This document shows positions 9,473 to 17,425 of a DNA stretch of 64,000 nt, piece by piece. Below the pieces are notes generated by a model. It was not told where the DNA came from. It saw only the letters and a list, made by a program, of their open reading frames with translations, and ran no database searches. A program made the position numbers and the translations under genes. Each line of letters opens with the position of its first letter. The stretch's first letter is position 1. This DNA is from an uncultured Chloroflexia bacterium (lineage in GTDB: Bacteria; Chloroflexota; Limnocylindria; Limnocylindrales; CSP1-4), in contig CAVTJD010000007.1 of NCBI GenBank assembly GCA_963734995.1, forward strand, positions 339,496 to 403,495. The letters run 5' to 3'.

Positions 9473-10071
9473 CGGCCCGACGCGCTGGTCTTGGTCGTCG
9501 TGCGGGGTGCCGACGTCGTCCCACGAGAGACGGAGACCGGTGCCCTGACCGTCACCTTGGGCAGGCTGATCCGGGTGGGCAGCGCCGCGGCAGACCCCTG
9601 GACGTCCGCGACCAGCGATGCCAGCGAGTCGAGACGCGACTCGTACACCGCGACGTCGTCGCCCACGGCGGCATAGGTCGCGACCAGCGCCTTGGCATCG
9701 GCATCGGCCTTCGCGACCGCCGCCGCGAGCCGGTCGTTCGCGATGCGTGCCTGCGCCACCGTGTCGACGTACGGCTGGCGCTGCGCGGCGAGATCAGCGT
9801 CGCTGTTCGCCTGGAGGGCGCTCATGCCCGCGAGGCTCACGGCATACACGGCCGCCGATGCGCCCAGCAACATGCCCGCCCTGGCCGGCGTGCTGAGCCA
9901 CGCCTGGTTGTGCTGGGCGCCCTTGGCCCGGGGGACTGACCTCGTGGTGACCTGCCCCGGGGTGCGGGCGCGCTCAGGGATCGCCCGTGGGCGGGGAGCC
10001 GGCACACCGGTCCCACCGCGGCGAAGGGTGGGAGCCGGGATCGCGACGGCCGGCAGCACACGCTCAGTCAT
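9469..10071 (-). CDS. Membrane-anchored Ala-rich coiled-coil protein (hypothetical)
   Basis: ATG at 10071 inside ORF 9469..10152. One hydrophobic helix (AGMLLGASAAVYAVSLAGMSAL) is followed by a heptad-like Ala/Asp/Leu-rich region. It is coupled by overlap to both neighbouring genes. Confidence 0.55.
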   Translation of the reverse strand: MTERVLPAVAIPAPTLRRGGTGVPAPRPRAIPERARTPGQVTTRSVPRAKGAQHNQAWLSTPARAGMLLGASAAVYAVSLAGMSALQANSDADLAAQRQPYVDTVAQARIANDRLAAAVAKADADAKALVATYAAVGDDVAVYESRLDSLASLVADVQGSAAALPTRISLPKVTVRAPVSVSRGTTSAPRTTTKTSASGR

Positions 10072-10576
10072 CGTGACCGCCCTCGTGCTCGTTCTCGTGG
10101 TAGGTCGCGGAACCGCCCGCGGGGGCCGCCGTGGCCCTCGCTGCGGCCGCATTCAGGGCGGCCTGCCGGGCCGCTGCGGCGTTGAGCGCATCCAGCCGCT
10201 TCTGTGCGGCCTTCAGCTGCTGCTGGAGGGTCTCCAGCCGGGACTTTGCGTCGGACAGCTGCTGCTGGAGCACCTGTGCATTGTCCGAATCGCCGGAGAT
10301 GGTCTGGTTCGCGGTCGACACCGCGCCCCCCAGATCCGAAAGCTGCGTGGCCACGTCGTCGAGCTGGCCGGACAGCGACGTGGTCCGGTCGATCTCGGCC
10401 GCGGCATCGCTGGCGATGGTGTCCATCCCCACCGGCGCCGCATCGATCGGTGCGGCCTCCGCGCGCCACTGGGCGGCGACCTGCACGGTCCCGATCCCCA
10501 CTCCGATCACGGCCAGCGTCAGCGCGAGCACCGCGGCTCGGCGGACCAGCCGTCGCAACAGCTCCCCGGACATCAT
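10064..10576 (-). CDS. Membrane-anchored Gln/Ala-rich coiled-coil protein with an acidic His-rich C-terminus (hypothetical)
   Basis: MMSGELLRRLVRRAAVLALTLAVIGVGIG... then QVLQQQLSDAKSRLETLQQQLKAAQKRLDAL..., ending GGSATYHENEHEGGHDD. GGAGGA lies upstream of the ATG at 10576. The gene overlaps the upstream stop. Confidence 0.6.
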   Translation of the reverse strand: MMSGELLRRLVRRAAVLALTLAVIGVGIGTVQVAAQWRAEAAPIDAAPVGMDTIASDAAAEIDRTTSLSGQLDDVATQLSDLGGAVSTANQTISGDSDNAQVLQQQLSDAKSRLETLQQQLKAAQKRLDALNAAAARQAALNAAAARATAAPAGGSATYHENEHEGGHDD

Positions 10577-11322
10577 GATTCCTCCACGGCGATGGTGGCC
10601 GGCTGTGGCCGGACGATGGTCAGCACGGGCGTGGCGACGCCCGACGGAATGTCGTTGTCGGAGGCCGGTGACGAGGCACCGGCGGCGATCGGACGGCGCC
10701 GGACGCGGGCCGTCCACCAGCGATGGGCGACACCGGCCAGGATCGGCAGACCGGTGGCGAGATACAGCGGCAGTAGGACGCCCCCGTCGGTGCCCGCGAG
10801 AACTGCGTGCACCCACGTCATCAGGAACACGACTGCGGCGACGCGATGGACCTTGAGCCACCAGCCGGTGGGCAGCAGGCGTGTCCATTTGGCGGTCACG
10901 GCCGTGAAGATCAGGGCGTACAGCGCGACCGAGCCCAGGCCGACGGCCACCGGTCGGTACGCCGAGAAGCCGGGCACGAAGGCGCCGATCAGGCCCACGT
11001 TCGCGTACGGGTCGACGACCAGCAGCGCGACATGGAGGGCGATGAACGCACCGGTGAACACCGAGACCATCTCGTGCCACGGGAACACCTGCTTGGTCTT
11101 GCGCCACTCCGCGGTGTTGCGGGGGTGGCTGAGGACCAGGCCGAGGGCCACCTCGAATGCGAGCAGCAGGTAGGCGGTGACGCCCATGGCTCGGGCCGCG
11201 ATCCAGGGGCGCAGCTGCGCCGTTCGGTCGTCAGCGGCCGGGAGAATCTGGTCGGTGACCCCGAGCGCGACCAGGGCGGCGATGGCGCCCAGGCCCACGA
11301 GGGTCGCGGCATTCACGCGCAT
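10573..11322 (-). CDS. Ferric-reductase-like (MsrQ/FRD-type) six-helix transmembrane protein
   Basis: Hydrophobic 249-aa ORF with two His pairs at heme-ligand-like spacing (HEMVSVFTGAFIALH and HRVAAVVFLMTWVH). Confidence 0.75.
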   Translation of the reverse strand: MRVNAATLVGLGAIAALVALGVTDQILPAADDRTAQLRPWIAARAMGVTAYLLLAFEVALGLVLSHPRNTAEWRKTKQVFPWHEMVSVFTGAFIALHVALLVVDPYANVGLIGAFVPGFSAYRPVAVGLGSVALYALIFTAVTAKWTRLLPTGWWLKVHRVAAVVFLMTWVHAVLAGTDGGVLLPLYLATGLPILAGVAHRWWTARVRRRPIAAGASSPASDNDIPSGVATPVLTIVRPQPATIAVEES

Positions 11323-11494
11323 GGCCGGACCCCATGGTCACGAGCCGCGCTGCGCGGGCGGGCGGAACGGAGCGCGAGATACGGCATGAACGACTCCCGT
11401 TGGGTCCGGTGTCGCTCTGAGGCCGTGTCGTTCGCGAAGGTTTCACCCGCCGACCGAGCAGATCGTCCGGGTCGGGGCCGGTACGCTGGTCCGG

Positions 11495-12448
11495 TCAGCC
11501 GCCGCCGACCGCCACCACGATCCGGTCGGCGTTCGAGGTCATCATGCCGACATAGGTATTCGCGGGCGGATCGCCCAGGGTCCCCGTGTACAGGTCGGTG
11601 ACGATCGTGACGCCCGTCTCGTCGGCAATGGTCTGCGCGATCGCGTCGTTGAACTGTGCCTCGGCGAAGATGGCCGTCGCGTGACTCGATCTGATGGTCT
11701 CGACCAGGGCCGCGACGTCGCCCGCGCTCGGATCCTGCCCGGGGGCATTGACGATGTTCCCGACGATGGTCAGCCCGTACGCCTTCGCGAAGTACGGGAA
11801 GGCGTCGTGGAATGACACCACGGTCCGATCTGCGGCGGGGATCGCGGCGAGCCGGTTCCGGATCGAGGTATCGAGGTCAGCCAGTGTCGCGCGGTAGGCC
11901 GCGGCATTCGCCTGGAACGTGGCTGCGTCCGCCGGGTCGACCGATGCCAGCGCCTGCGCGATCCGGTCAACGTAGAGCTCGGTGTAGGCCACGTTCATCC
12001 ACAGGTGCGGGTTCACGGCGCCGTTGTCGCCGGTGAGGTACTCGACGCCCGGAAGATCCTCACCCAGCGCAACGACCGGGGCGGACGCCCCCGCATCGTG
12101 GACGAGCCCCTCGAGCCAGTCGTCCAGCCCCAGCCCGTTGCGGACCACCAGACGCGCCTGCGTTACCTGTTGCACATCGGCGGGGGTGGGATCGAAGGTA
12201 TGCACCTCGCCGCCCTTGGGAACGAGGCTCGAGACGCGCACGCGCGTCCCGCCGACCTGGGCCACGAGGTCGGCGAAGACGGTCGTCGTGGCCACGACCG
12301 GGACGGCATCGGCGTCGGGCGTCGGGGTGGCCGGTCCGGCAGGTGACGCTGAGCCACACGCCGCCAGCATGGCGGCCATGAGCGCGAGCAGGACGAGCCG
12401 GCGAAGGCCCGGACGTCCGGGACGCGCTCGGACGGGGTGGTGGTTCAT
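11495..12448 (-). CDS. Metal (Zn/Mn-type) ABC transporter substrate-binding lipoprotein, ZnuA/TroA family
   Basis: Signal peptide plus lipobox LAACGS. VVATTTVFADLVAQVGG...HTFDPTP...NPHLWMN motifs of cluster A-I binding proteins. Start chosen at ATG 12448 (alternatives 12463, 12541). Confidence 0.85.
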   Translation of the reverse strand: MNHHPVRARPGRPGLRRLVLLALMAAMLAACGSASPAGPATPTPDADAVPVVATTTVFADLVAQVGGTRVRVSSLVPKGGEVHTFDPTPADVQQVTQARLVVRNGLGLDDWLEGLVHDAGASAPVVALGEDLPGVEYLTGDNGAVNPHLWMNVAYTELYVDRIAQALASVDPADAATFQANAAAYRATLADLDTSIRNRLAAIPAADRTVVSFHDAFPYFAKAYGLTIVGNIVNAPGQDPSAGDVAALVETIRSSHATAIFAEAQFNDAIAQTIADETGVTIVTDLYTGTLGDPPANTYVGMMTSNADRIVVAVGGG

Positions 12449-12462
12449 GAGATCGAGTCTCA
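12448..12462 (-). promoter_or_regulatory. Candidate Fur-family (Zur-like) operator, box 2
   Basis: TGAGATCGAGTCTCA is a 15-bp palindrome (TGAGA-N5-TCTCA) lying exactly between two in-frame ATGs at the 5' end of the binding-protein gene. It shares 12 of 15 positions with box 1 at 14719-14733. Confidence 0.5.
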
Positions 12463-12507
12463 TCGGCCGCCGCAGGGTGAACATCGATGGTCTCCGGTTC
12501 GGGTCGG

Positions 12508-12936
12508 TCAGGGTCGACGGCTCGCCTGGCATGCCGCGCACAGGCCGAACAGCTCGAGGCGATGCGAGGTGATGCGGAAGCCGAGGCGTCGCCCCGCGTC
12601 GAGGAGCACCTGGTCCAGGCCCATGTCGGCGAGGTCGAGCGAGCGCCCGCAGCGGGTGCAGATCGCATGGTGATGATGGGCCGGCTCACAGGTCACGTAG
12701 GCGTGATCGCCGGCGGGCAGGTCGACGCGTTCGACCAGGCCGAGCGAGGTGAACAGATCCAGCGCCCGGAACACGGTCGCCCGGCCGATCGCGGGCCGGC
12801 GGTCACGCGCCTCGGCGACGATCTCGGCAGCCGTGAAGTGCCCCTCGTGCTGCGAGACGAGGTCCGCGACCGCGCGTCTCGGCTCCGTCAGCCGGCAACC
12901 GGCATGCTCCATCGCGCTCAGGAACGGCGAGGTCAT
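12508..12936 (-). CDS. Fur-family metalloregulator (Zur-like)
   Basis: MTSPFLSAMEHAGCRLTEPRRAVADLV...TVFRALDLFTSLGLV...HHHHAICTRCG...GLCAACQ shows a winged helix plus HHH and two CxxC metal sites. The gene is embedded in the metal ABC operon, with an ATGA overlap with the permease. Confidence 0.85.
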   Translation of the reverse strand: MTSPFLSAMEHAGCRLTEPRRAVADLVSQHEGHFTAAEIVAEARDRRPAIGRATVFRALDLFTSLGLVERVDLPAGDHAYVTCEPAHHHHAICTRCGRSLDLADMGLDQVLLDAGRRLGFRITSHRLELFGLCAACQASRRP

Positions 12937-13805
12937 CGGGCGACCGGGCTCACGGCAATGGCGTGCTCCGCGCCCGGCGTCCGGCGCCGCGCGATCAGCC
13001 CGCGCGGCCCAAGGGCCAGCGCCACCAGGAACAGGGCCGTCTCGACGAGGACGATGGTGGCGCCGCTGGCCACGTTCAACCAGTACGAGAGGTAGAGCCC
13101 GACCACCGCGCTGGCGATCCCGACCACCGCTGCCCCGACCATCAGCCGGGTGAACCGGGCGGTCAGCATCTGGGCCGTCGCGGCAGGCGTGATCAGCATC
13201 GCGACCACGAGGATGATGCCCACGGCCTGGAGGCTGACCACGATCGTCAGCGCGACCAGGGCCAGGAACAGGTACTCGAGGCGATCGACGGGCATGCCGG
13301 ATGCCGCCGCTCCGAGCGGGTCGAAGGTCGCGTACAGCAGCTCCTTCCACAGCAGGCCGACCACCAGGATCACGCCCAGGCCGAGCACCACCAGGGCGAC
13401 CAGGTCCTCGGGCCCGATGGCCAGCACGTTGCCCAGCAGGAAGCTGAACAGGTCCGCCACGTAACCCTTGATGGTGCTGAACAGGAACACGCCGAACGCG
13501 AAGGTTCCGGCGAACAGCACGCCGATCGCGGTGTCCTGACGCAGCCCGCCGCGCTTGGTCACGTACCCGATGGCGAGCGCGGTGCCGACCGCGGCCACAG
13601 CCGCGCCGAGGTAGAACGGGATCGACAGCATGTAGGCGGCGACGACGCCCGGAAATCCGGCGTGCGCGATGGCGTCGCCGATGAACGCGATCCCGCGCAG
13701 CACCACGTACGTGCCGACGACCGCACACACGACGCCCACCAGCGCCGAGGCGATCAGCGCCCGAACGAAGAACCCGTACGCGAGCGGATCCAGCACGAAG
13801 CTCAT
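12933..13805 (-). CDS. Metal ABC transporter permease (ZnuB/MntB family)
   Basis: MSFVLDPLAYGFFVRALIASALVGVVCAVVGTYVVLRGIAFIGDAIAHAGFPG is the characteristic ABC-3 family N-terminus. 290 aa, polytopic. Confidence 0.9.
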   Translation of the reverse strand: MSFVLDPLAYGFFVRALIASALVGVVCAVVGTYVVLRGIAFIGDAIAHAGFPGVVAAYMLSIPFYLGAAVAAVGTALAIGYVTKRGGLRQDTAIGVLFAGTFAFGVFLFSTIKGYVADLFSFLLGNVLAIGPEDLVALVVLGLGVILVVGLLWKELLYATFDPLGAAASGMPVDRLEYLFLALVALTIVVSLQAVGIILVVAMLITPAATAQMLTARFTRLMVGAAVVGIASAVVGLYLSYWLNVASGATIVLVETALFLVALALGPRGLIARRRTPGAEHAIAVSPVAR

Positions 13806-14716
13806 CAGCGATTGGACTCCTGGTCGTGGAAGTGGCGCTCACCCGGTGCCGCGGCATCGTGGTGATGGGCGTCGTCGAGCAGGACCGTCGCGCCGTCCAC
13901 GACGAGCAGATGCCCGCCATAGGCCCGAGCCAGCACATCCGCGTCCAGCACCAGGTTCGACGCCCCGTGGGCGACAACGGTGCGATTGATCGCCATGACC
14001 TGCTGGAAGCGTTGCGAGACGCAAGCGAGATCGTGGGTCGTGGCGACCACGGTCTTGCCCCGGGCAGCCTGCTGCTCGAGCAGATCCATGAGCAGCTCCT
14101 GGGTGGTCGTGTCGATCCCGGTCACCGGCTCGTCGAGCAGGAACAGGTCGGGTTCGGCGGCCAGCGCCCGGGCCAGGAACACGCGCCGCCGCTGGCCGCC
14201 CGACAGCCGCCCGATCTGTGTCTGACGGTGCTGGCCCATGCCTACCTGCTCCAGTGCATCGGTGACCGACCTCCGGTCGGCTCGACCGGGGCGCCGGATG
14301 GGGCCCAGGCGCGGGAAGCGGCCCATCGTCACCACGTCCTCGACGGTTACCGGGAAGGCCCAATCCACGAGCTCCGCCTGCGGGACGTAGGCGACCCGGC
14401 GAGCCTCGCGTCCGGGTGGTGCACCCAGGATCTCGATGCGGCCGGTCCACGGCCGGAGCAGGCCTGCCATCAGCTTGAGCAGCGTGCTCTTGCCGGCGCC
14501 GTTCGGACCCACCACGGCCAGCAGGCTGCCCGGCTCCACGACCGCCGTGATGTGATCGAGCGCCGTCCGATCCCCGTAGCCCGCCGACACGTCGCTCAGC
14601 CAGACGTCGGCGTGGGCGTGAGCATGGGCGGCGTCGGTCACGTGCGCTGGATCGTGGGGTTGGTGCCCGGCTCCATCGGCAGGAGCGATGCGGCCGACGA
14701 CAGGCGATTCGGTCAT
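13805..14716 (-). CDS. Metal ABC transporter ATP-binding protein (ZnuC family) with a His-rich tail
   Basis: GPNGAGKST, LSGGQRRR, LFLLDEP; tail DDAHHHDAAAPGERHFHD. Start placed at ATG 14716 because the codons between 14734 and 14717 are atypically AT-rich and hold the palindromic box. Confidence 0.9.
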   Translation of the reverse strand: MTESPVVGRIAPADGAGHQPHDPAHVTDAAHAHAHADVWLSDVSAGYGDRTALDHITAVVEPGSLLAVVGPNGAGKSTLLKLMAGLLRPWTGRIEILGAPPGREARRVAYVPQAELVDWAFPVTVEDVVTMGRFPRLGPIRRPGRADRRSVTDALEQVGMGQHRQTQIGRLSGGQRRRVFLARALAAEPDLFLLDEPVTGIDTTTQELLMDLLEQQAARGKTVVATTHDLACVSQRFQQVMAINRTVVAHGASNLVLDADVLARAYGGHLLVVDGATVLLDDAHHHDAAAPGERHFHDQESNR

Positions 14717-14718
14717 GT

Positions 14719-14733
14719 TGAGACCAAGTATCA
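14719..14733 (-). promoter_or_regulatory. Candidate Fur-family (Zur-like) operator, box 1
   Basis: Top strand TGAGACCAAGTATCA (TGAGA-N5-TATCA), an AT-rich imperfect palindrome directly upstream of the ATPase ATG. Same architecture as box 2. Confidence 0.5.
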
Positions 14734-15033
14734 TCTAGCGTCGGCCGATGCGCAAGTGCCGAACCTGTACGACCCTGTCCGTCCGACCAACGTGCGGCTT
14801 CCCGCCGCCTCGTCGGTCGATCTGCGCCAGAATGGCGGCGCGTTCCACGAGCTAGATCACGGAGGCCTCCCCTGAGCGGCAAGCAGCAATCCAACCAGAG
14901 CAGCCGGCGCGATCGCCGCGCCGCGGAACGTCGAGAACGCTTCGAGCTCGCGCGCGAGGAGCGCCGGACGCGAGGTGGCGGAGGAGGGAGTGGCTCGTCC
15001 CTGTTCACGACGCGCAACATCACGATCGTCGCC

Positions 15034-15756
15034 GTGATCGTGGGTGTGCTGGTCGTGGGCTTCGTGGGCATCCAGCAGCTGGGTGGCAAGGCGACCGGGA
15101 CGCTGCAGGATCCCGCGATCAGGTACCCGACCGCGCTGCTCCACAACGACGAGCGCGCGATCGGCAACAGCGACGCTGCGGTCACGCTCGACGTCTACGA
15201 GGACTACCAGTGCCCGATCTGCGCGCAGTTCTCGCTGTCGGTGGAGCCGATCCTGGTCAGCCAGTACGTCACGCCGGGAACGCTCCGCATCGTCCACCAC
15301 GACATCGCGATCCTGGGCCGAGGCGGCAGCGAGGACGAATCGAAGCTGGCGGCCACCGGCGCGGCGTGCGCCGTCGACCAGGGCAAGTACTTCGACTATG
15401 ACCACTGGGTGTTCAACAACCAGGATGGTGAGAACCAGGGTGGCTTCCGTCGTCAACGGTTGACCGCGATCGCGGAGGCTGCCGGCCTGGACGGGCCGCA
15501 ATTCGAGACCTGTCTCGACAGCGCGAGCGCGATCCAGACCGTGACCGACACCACCAATCAGGCGATCGGCCTGGGCATCAACTCCACCCCGACCATGTAC
15601 ATCGGCGATCAGCAGATCGTCGGGCTCAAGACGGCGCAGGAGCTTGGCGCGCTGATCGAGGCGGCCGCCGCCAGCGCGGCACCCGCATCGCCCGCGGCAT
15701 CCGACGCGGCCTCGCCCGCGGCATCCGACGCTGCCTCGCCGAGCACGGCCCCCTGA
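15034..15756 (+). CDS. DsbA-like thiol:disulfide oxidoreductase (thioredoxin fold), membrane-anchored; true start probably upstream
   Basis: YEDYQCPICAQF (CPxC active site). The C-terminal tail has the repeat PASPAASDAASPAASDAASP. The frame is open from 14740, but GTG 15034 is the first canonical start. Confidence 0.8.
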   Translation: MIVGVLVVGFVGIQQLGGKATGTLQDPAIRYPTALLHNDERAIGNSDAAVTLDVYEDYQCPICAQFSLSVEPILVSQYVTPGTLRIVHHDIAILGRGGSEDESKLAATGAACAVDQGKYFDYDHWVFNNQDGENQGGFRRQRLTAIAEAAGLDGPQFETCLDSASAIQTVTDTTNQAIGLGINSTPTMYIGDQQIVGLKTAQELGALIEAAAASAAPASPAASDAASPAASDAASPSTAP

Positions 15757-15806
15757 CGCAGCCGCAGCCCGAGCGGGCCAGGCGAGGCCCGCTCGGCATC
15801 CCGCTC

Positions 15807-16193
15807 ATGCTCGTCACCCTCATCGGGCTGGTGGCTTCGGGATACCTGCTCGTCGTCCACCTGATGGGCAGCGCACCCGTGTGCGGGCCGGTTCACGGAT
15901 GCGAGACGGTGGCCGCGTCGGAGTACTCGGCGGTGTTCGGGGTCCCCGTTGCCGCCTTCGGGTTCGGGCTGTCGCTGCTGATCCTCGGGTGCGCGTTCGT
16001 GTGGTGGCGGAGCCTTGACCGCAGGGCGCTGCTCGGGGCCTACGGCCTGCTGCTGCTTGCCACCCTGGCGGTCGCGTATCTGACCTACCTCGAGCTGTTC
16101 GTGATCCACGCGATCTGCGCCTGGTGCGTGACGTACGCGATCATGATCGTGATCTCGCTGGGCATCACCGGGCTGGCCCTCCGGCGCGGCTGA
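15807..16193 (+). CDS. Vitamin K epoxide reductase (VKOR) family protein
   Basis: Four hydrophobic helices, loop cysteines VCGPVHGCE and active-site CAWC. Adjacent to the DsbA-like gene, the usual VKOR/DsbA pairing that replaces DsbB. Confidence 0.8.
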   Translation: MLVTLIGLVASGYLLVVHLMGSAPVCGPVHGCETVAASEYSAVFGVPVAAFGFGLSLLILGCAFVWWRSLDRRALLGAYGLLLLATLAVAYLTYLELFVIHAICAWCVTYAIMIVISLGITGLALRRG

Positions 16194-16243
16194 TCGGCGA
16201 CCGTTGCCGTCGTCGCTCGTCCGTCGCTGTCGGTCGTCGCGAT

Positions 16244-17425
16244 CTACCGGTCGGCGTACCCCGTCAGCTCGACGTACGCCTGGCCACCCAGCGGCCGGCC
16301 GTTGCGGGTCGCCGTCACGACCTGCGAGCCCTCCCAGTACACGACGCCGGTTGTGGCCCGCGTGTCCAGCTCCTGCTGCGAGACCGTCGGGTGCAGCCCC
16401 ACGACCAGGTCCTGGTGAGGCAGCGTGATCGTCCAGCCGGCCGGGTAGGTGGCGCCCGTGCGCGGGCTGGTCCAGTGCCCGTCGACCTCGACCCCGAAGT
16501 CGCTGTCCGTGAGCGTCCGGGTCGTGCCGGCGGCATCGACGAGCGTGCCATAGACGAGCGGGTAGGTCCCGTCGGCGGCGCGGACGAGCGACAGCATCAG
16601 GTCCGTGCCGTCGTCGAGGTTCACGGCGAACCAGTCCCAGCCTCCTCCGCCAACCGAGATGAAGTCGCCCCACTGATGATCGAACCAGGCCGTGCCCTCG
16701 ACCGCCAGCGGCGTTCCGCCCAGGGTCACCGTGCCGGTCGCGGTCATGTTGGTTCGCGACACGTAGTACGAGCCGCCGGCCGGCCCGAAGTCGATCCAGC
16801 CGTCGCCGTTGTGGAGAACCGGTGGCCTGGTTGCGGCGAGCTCGAGATCGATCCCGAACCCCGCGACCGCATCGCCCTGGACCTCGTCGGGTGCGACCGC
16901 GGCGCGCAGCGCGTCCGAGCCGTTCTCGCCGACCATCGACCACGGAGACTTCGCCGGACCCGACTGGCCCGGCTGCGTGCCCAGGATCGCGAACGCGAAC
17001 GACGGCTCCGGACGGTCCATGGACCGCACGTCCACCTGCGGCCCCACCTCGCTGCGCTGGGCGTAGTGGAACGTCCGGCCGGTCTCGTCGGTGAGGGCCA
17101 GATGCGACGCCCACGACACCGGGAAGTCCCCCCGCTCGGCACGGAACACGACGTCCTCGAAGCCGAAGCGCCGGCCGTCGCCCGTGCGGAGATGGCCGGT
17201 GTAGTACCACCACTCGGTGAGGCGATCGTGCGGGCTGTCGTCGGCCGGCAGCCGCACCGGGCGCGGGTCATCGGGCCGGGCGGTCGCCGATGGTGCCGGA
17301 CTGACCACCGGATGAGCCGCGGGCGCGTTGGCCAGGATCGGGCCCCCGCACGAGGAGACGAGCACCACCGCAAGTCCCAGGACGGCAGCGCGGACCCGGA
17401 CGCGGTCGATCCATCGATCGGTCAT
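16244..17425 (-). CDS. AttH/CrtC-like (lipocalin-like domain) lipoprotein
   Basis: Lipobox LVSSCGG. TEWWYYTGHL, AWFDHQWGDF and VYWEGS motifs typical of the hydroxyneurosporene-synthase/AttH family. The ATG at 17425 overlaps the MMPL stop (ATGA). Confidence 0.7.
   Translation of the reverse strand: MTDRWIDRVRVRAAVLGLAVVLVSSCGGPILANAPAAHPVVSPAPSATARPDDPRPVRLPADDSPHDRLTEWWYYTGHLRTGDGRRFGFEDVVFRAERGDFPVSWASHLALTDETGRTFHYAQRSEVGPQVDVRSMDRPEPSFAFAILGTQPGQSGPAKSPWSMVGENGSDALRAAVAPDEVQGDAVAGFGIDLELAATRPPVLHNGDGWIDFGPAGGSYYVSRTNMTATGTVTLGGTPLAVEGTAWFDHQWGDFISVGGGGWDWFAVNLDDGTDLMLSLVRAADGTYPLVYGTLVDAAGTTRTLTDSDFGVEVDGHWTSPRTGATYPAGWTITLPHQDLVVGLHPTVSQQELDTRATTGVVYWEGSQVVTATRNGRPLGGQAYVELTGYADR

Noticed and set aside
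15609-17213. 534-aa minus-strand ORF spanning the VKOR and AttH loci.
   Set aside because: Shadow frame. It conflicts with two well-supported genes and has junk composition.
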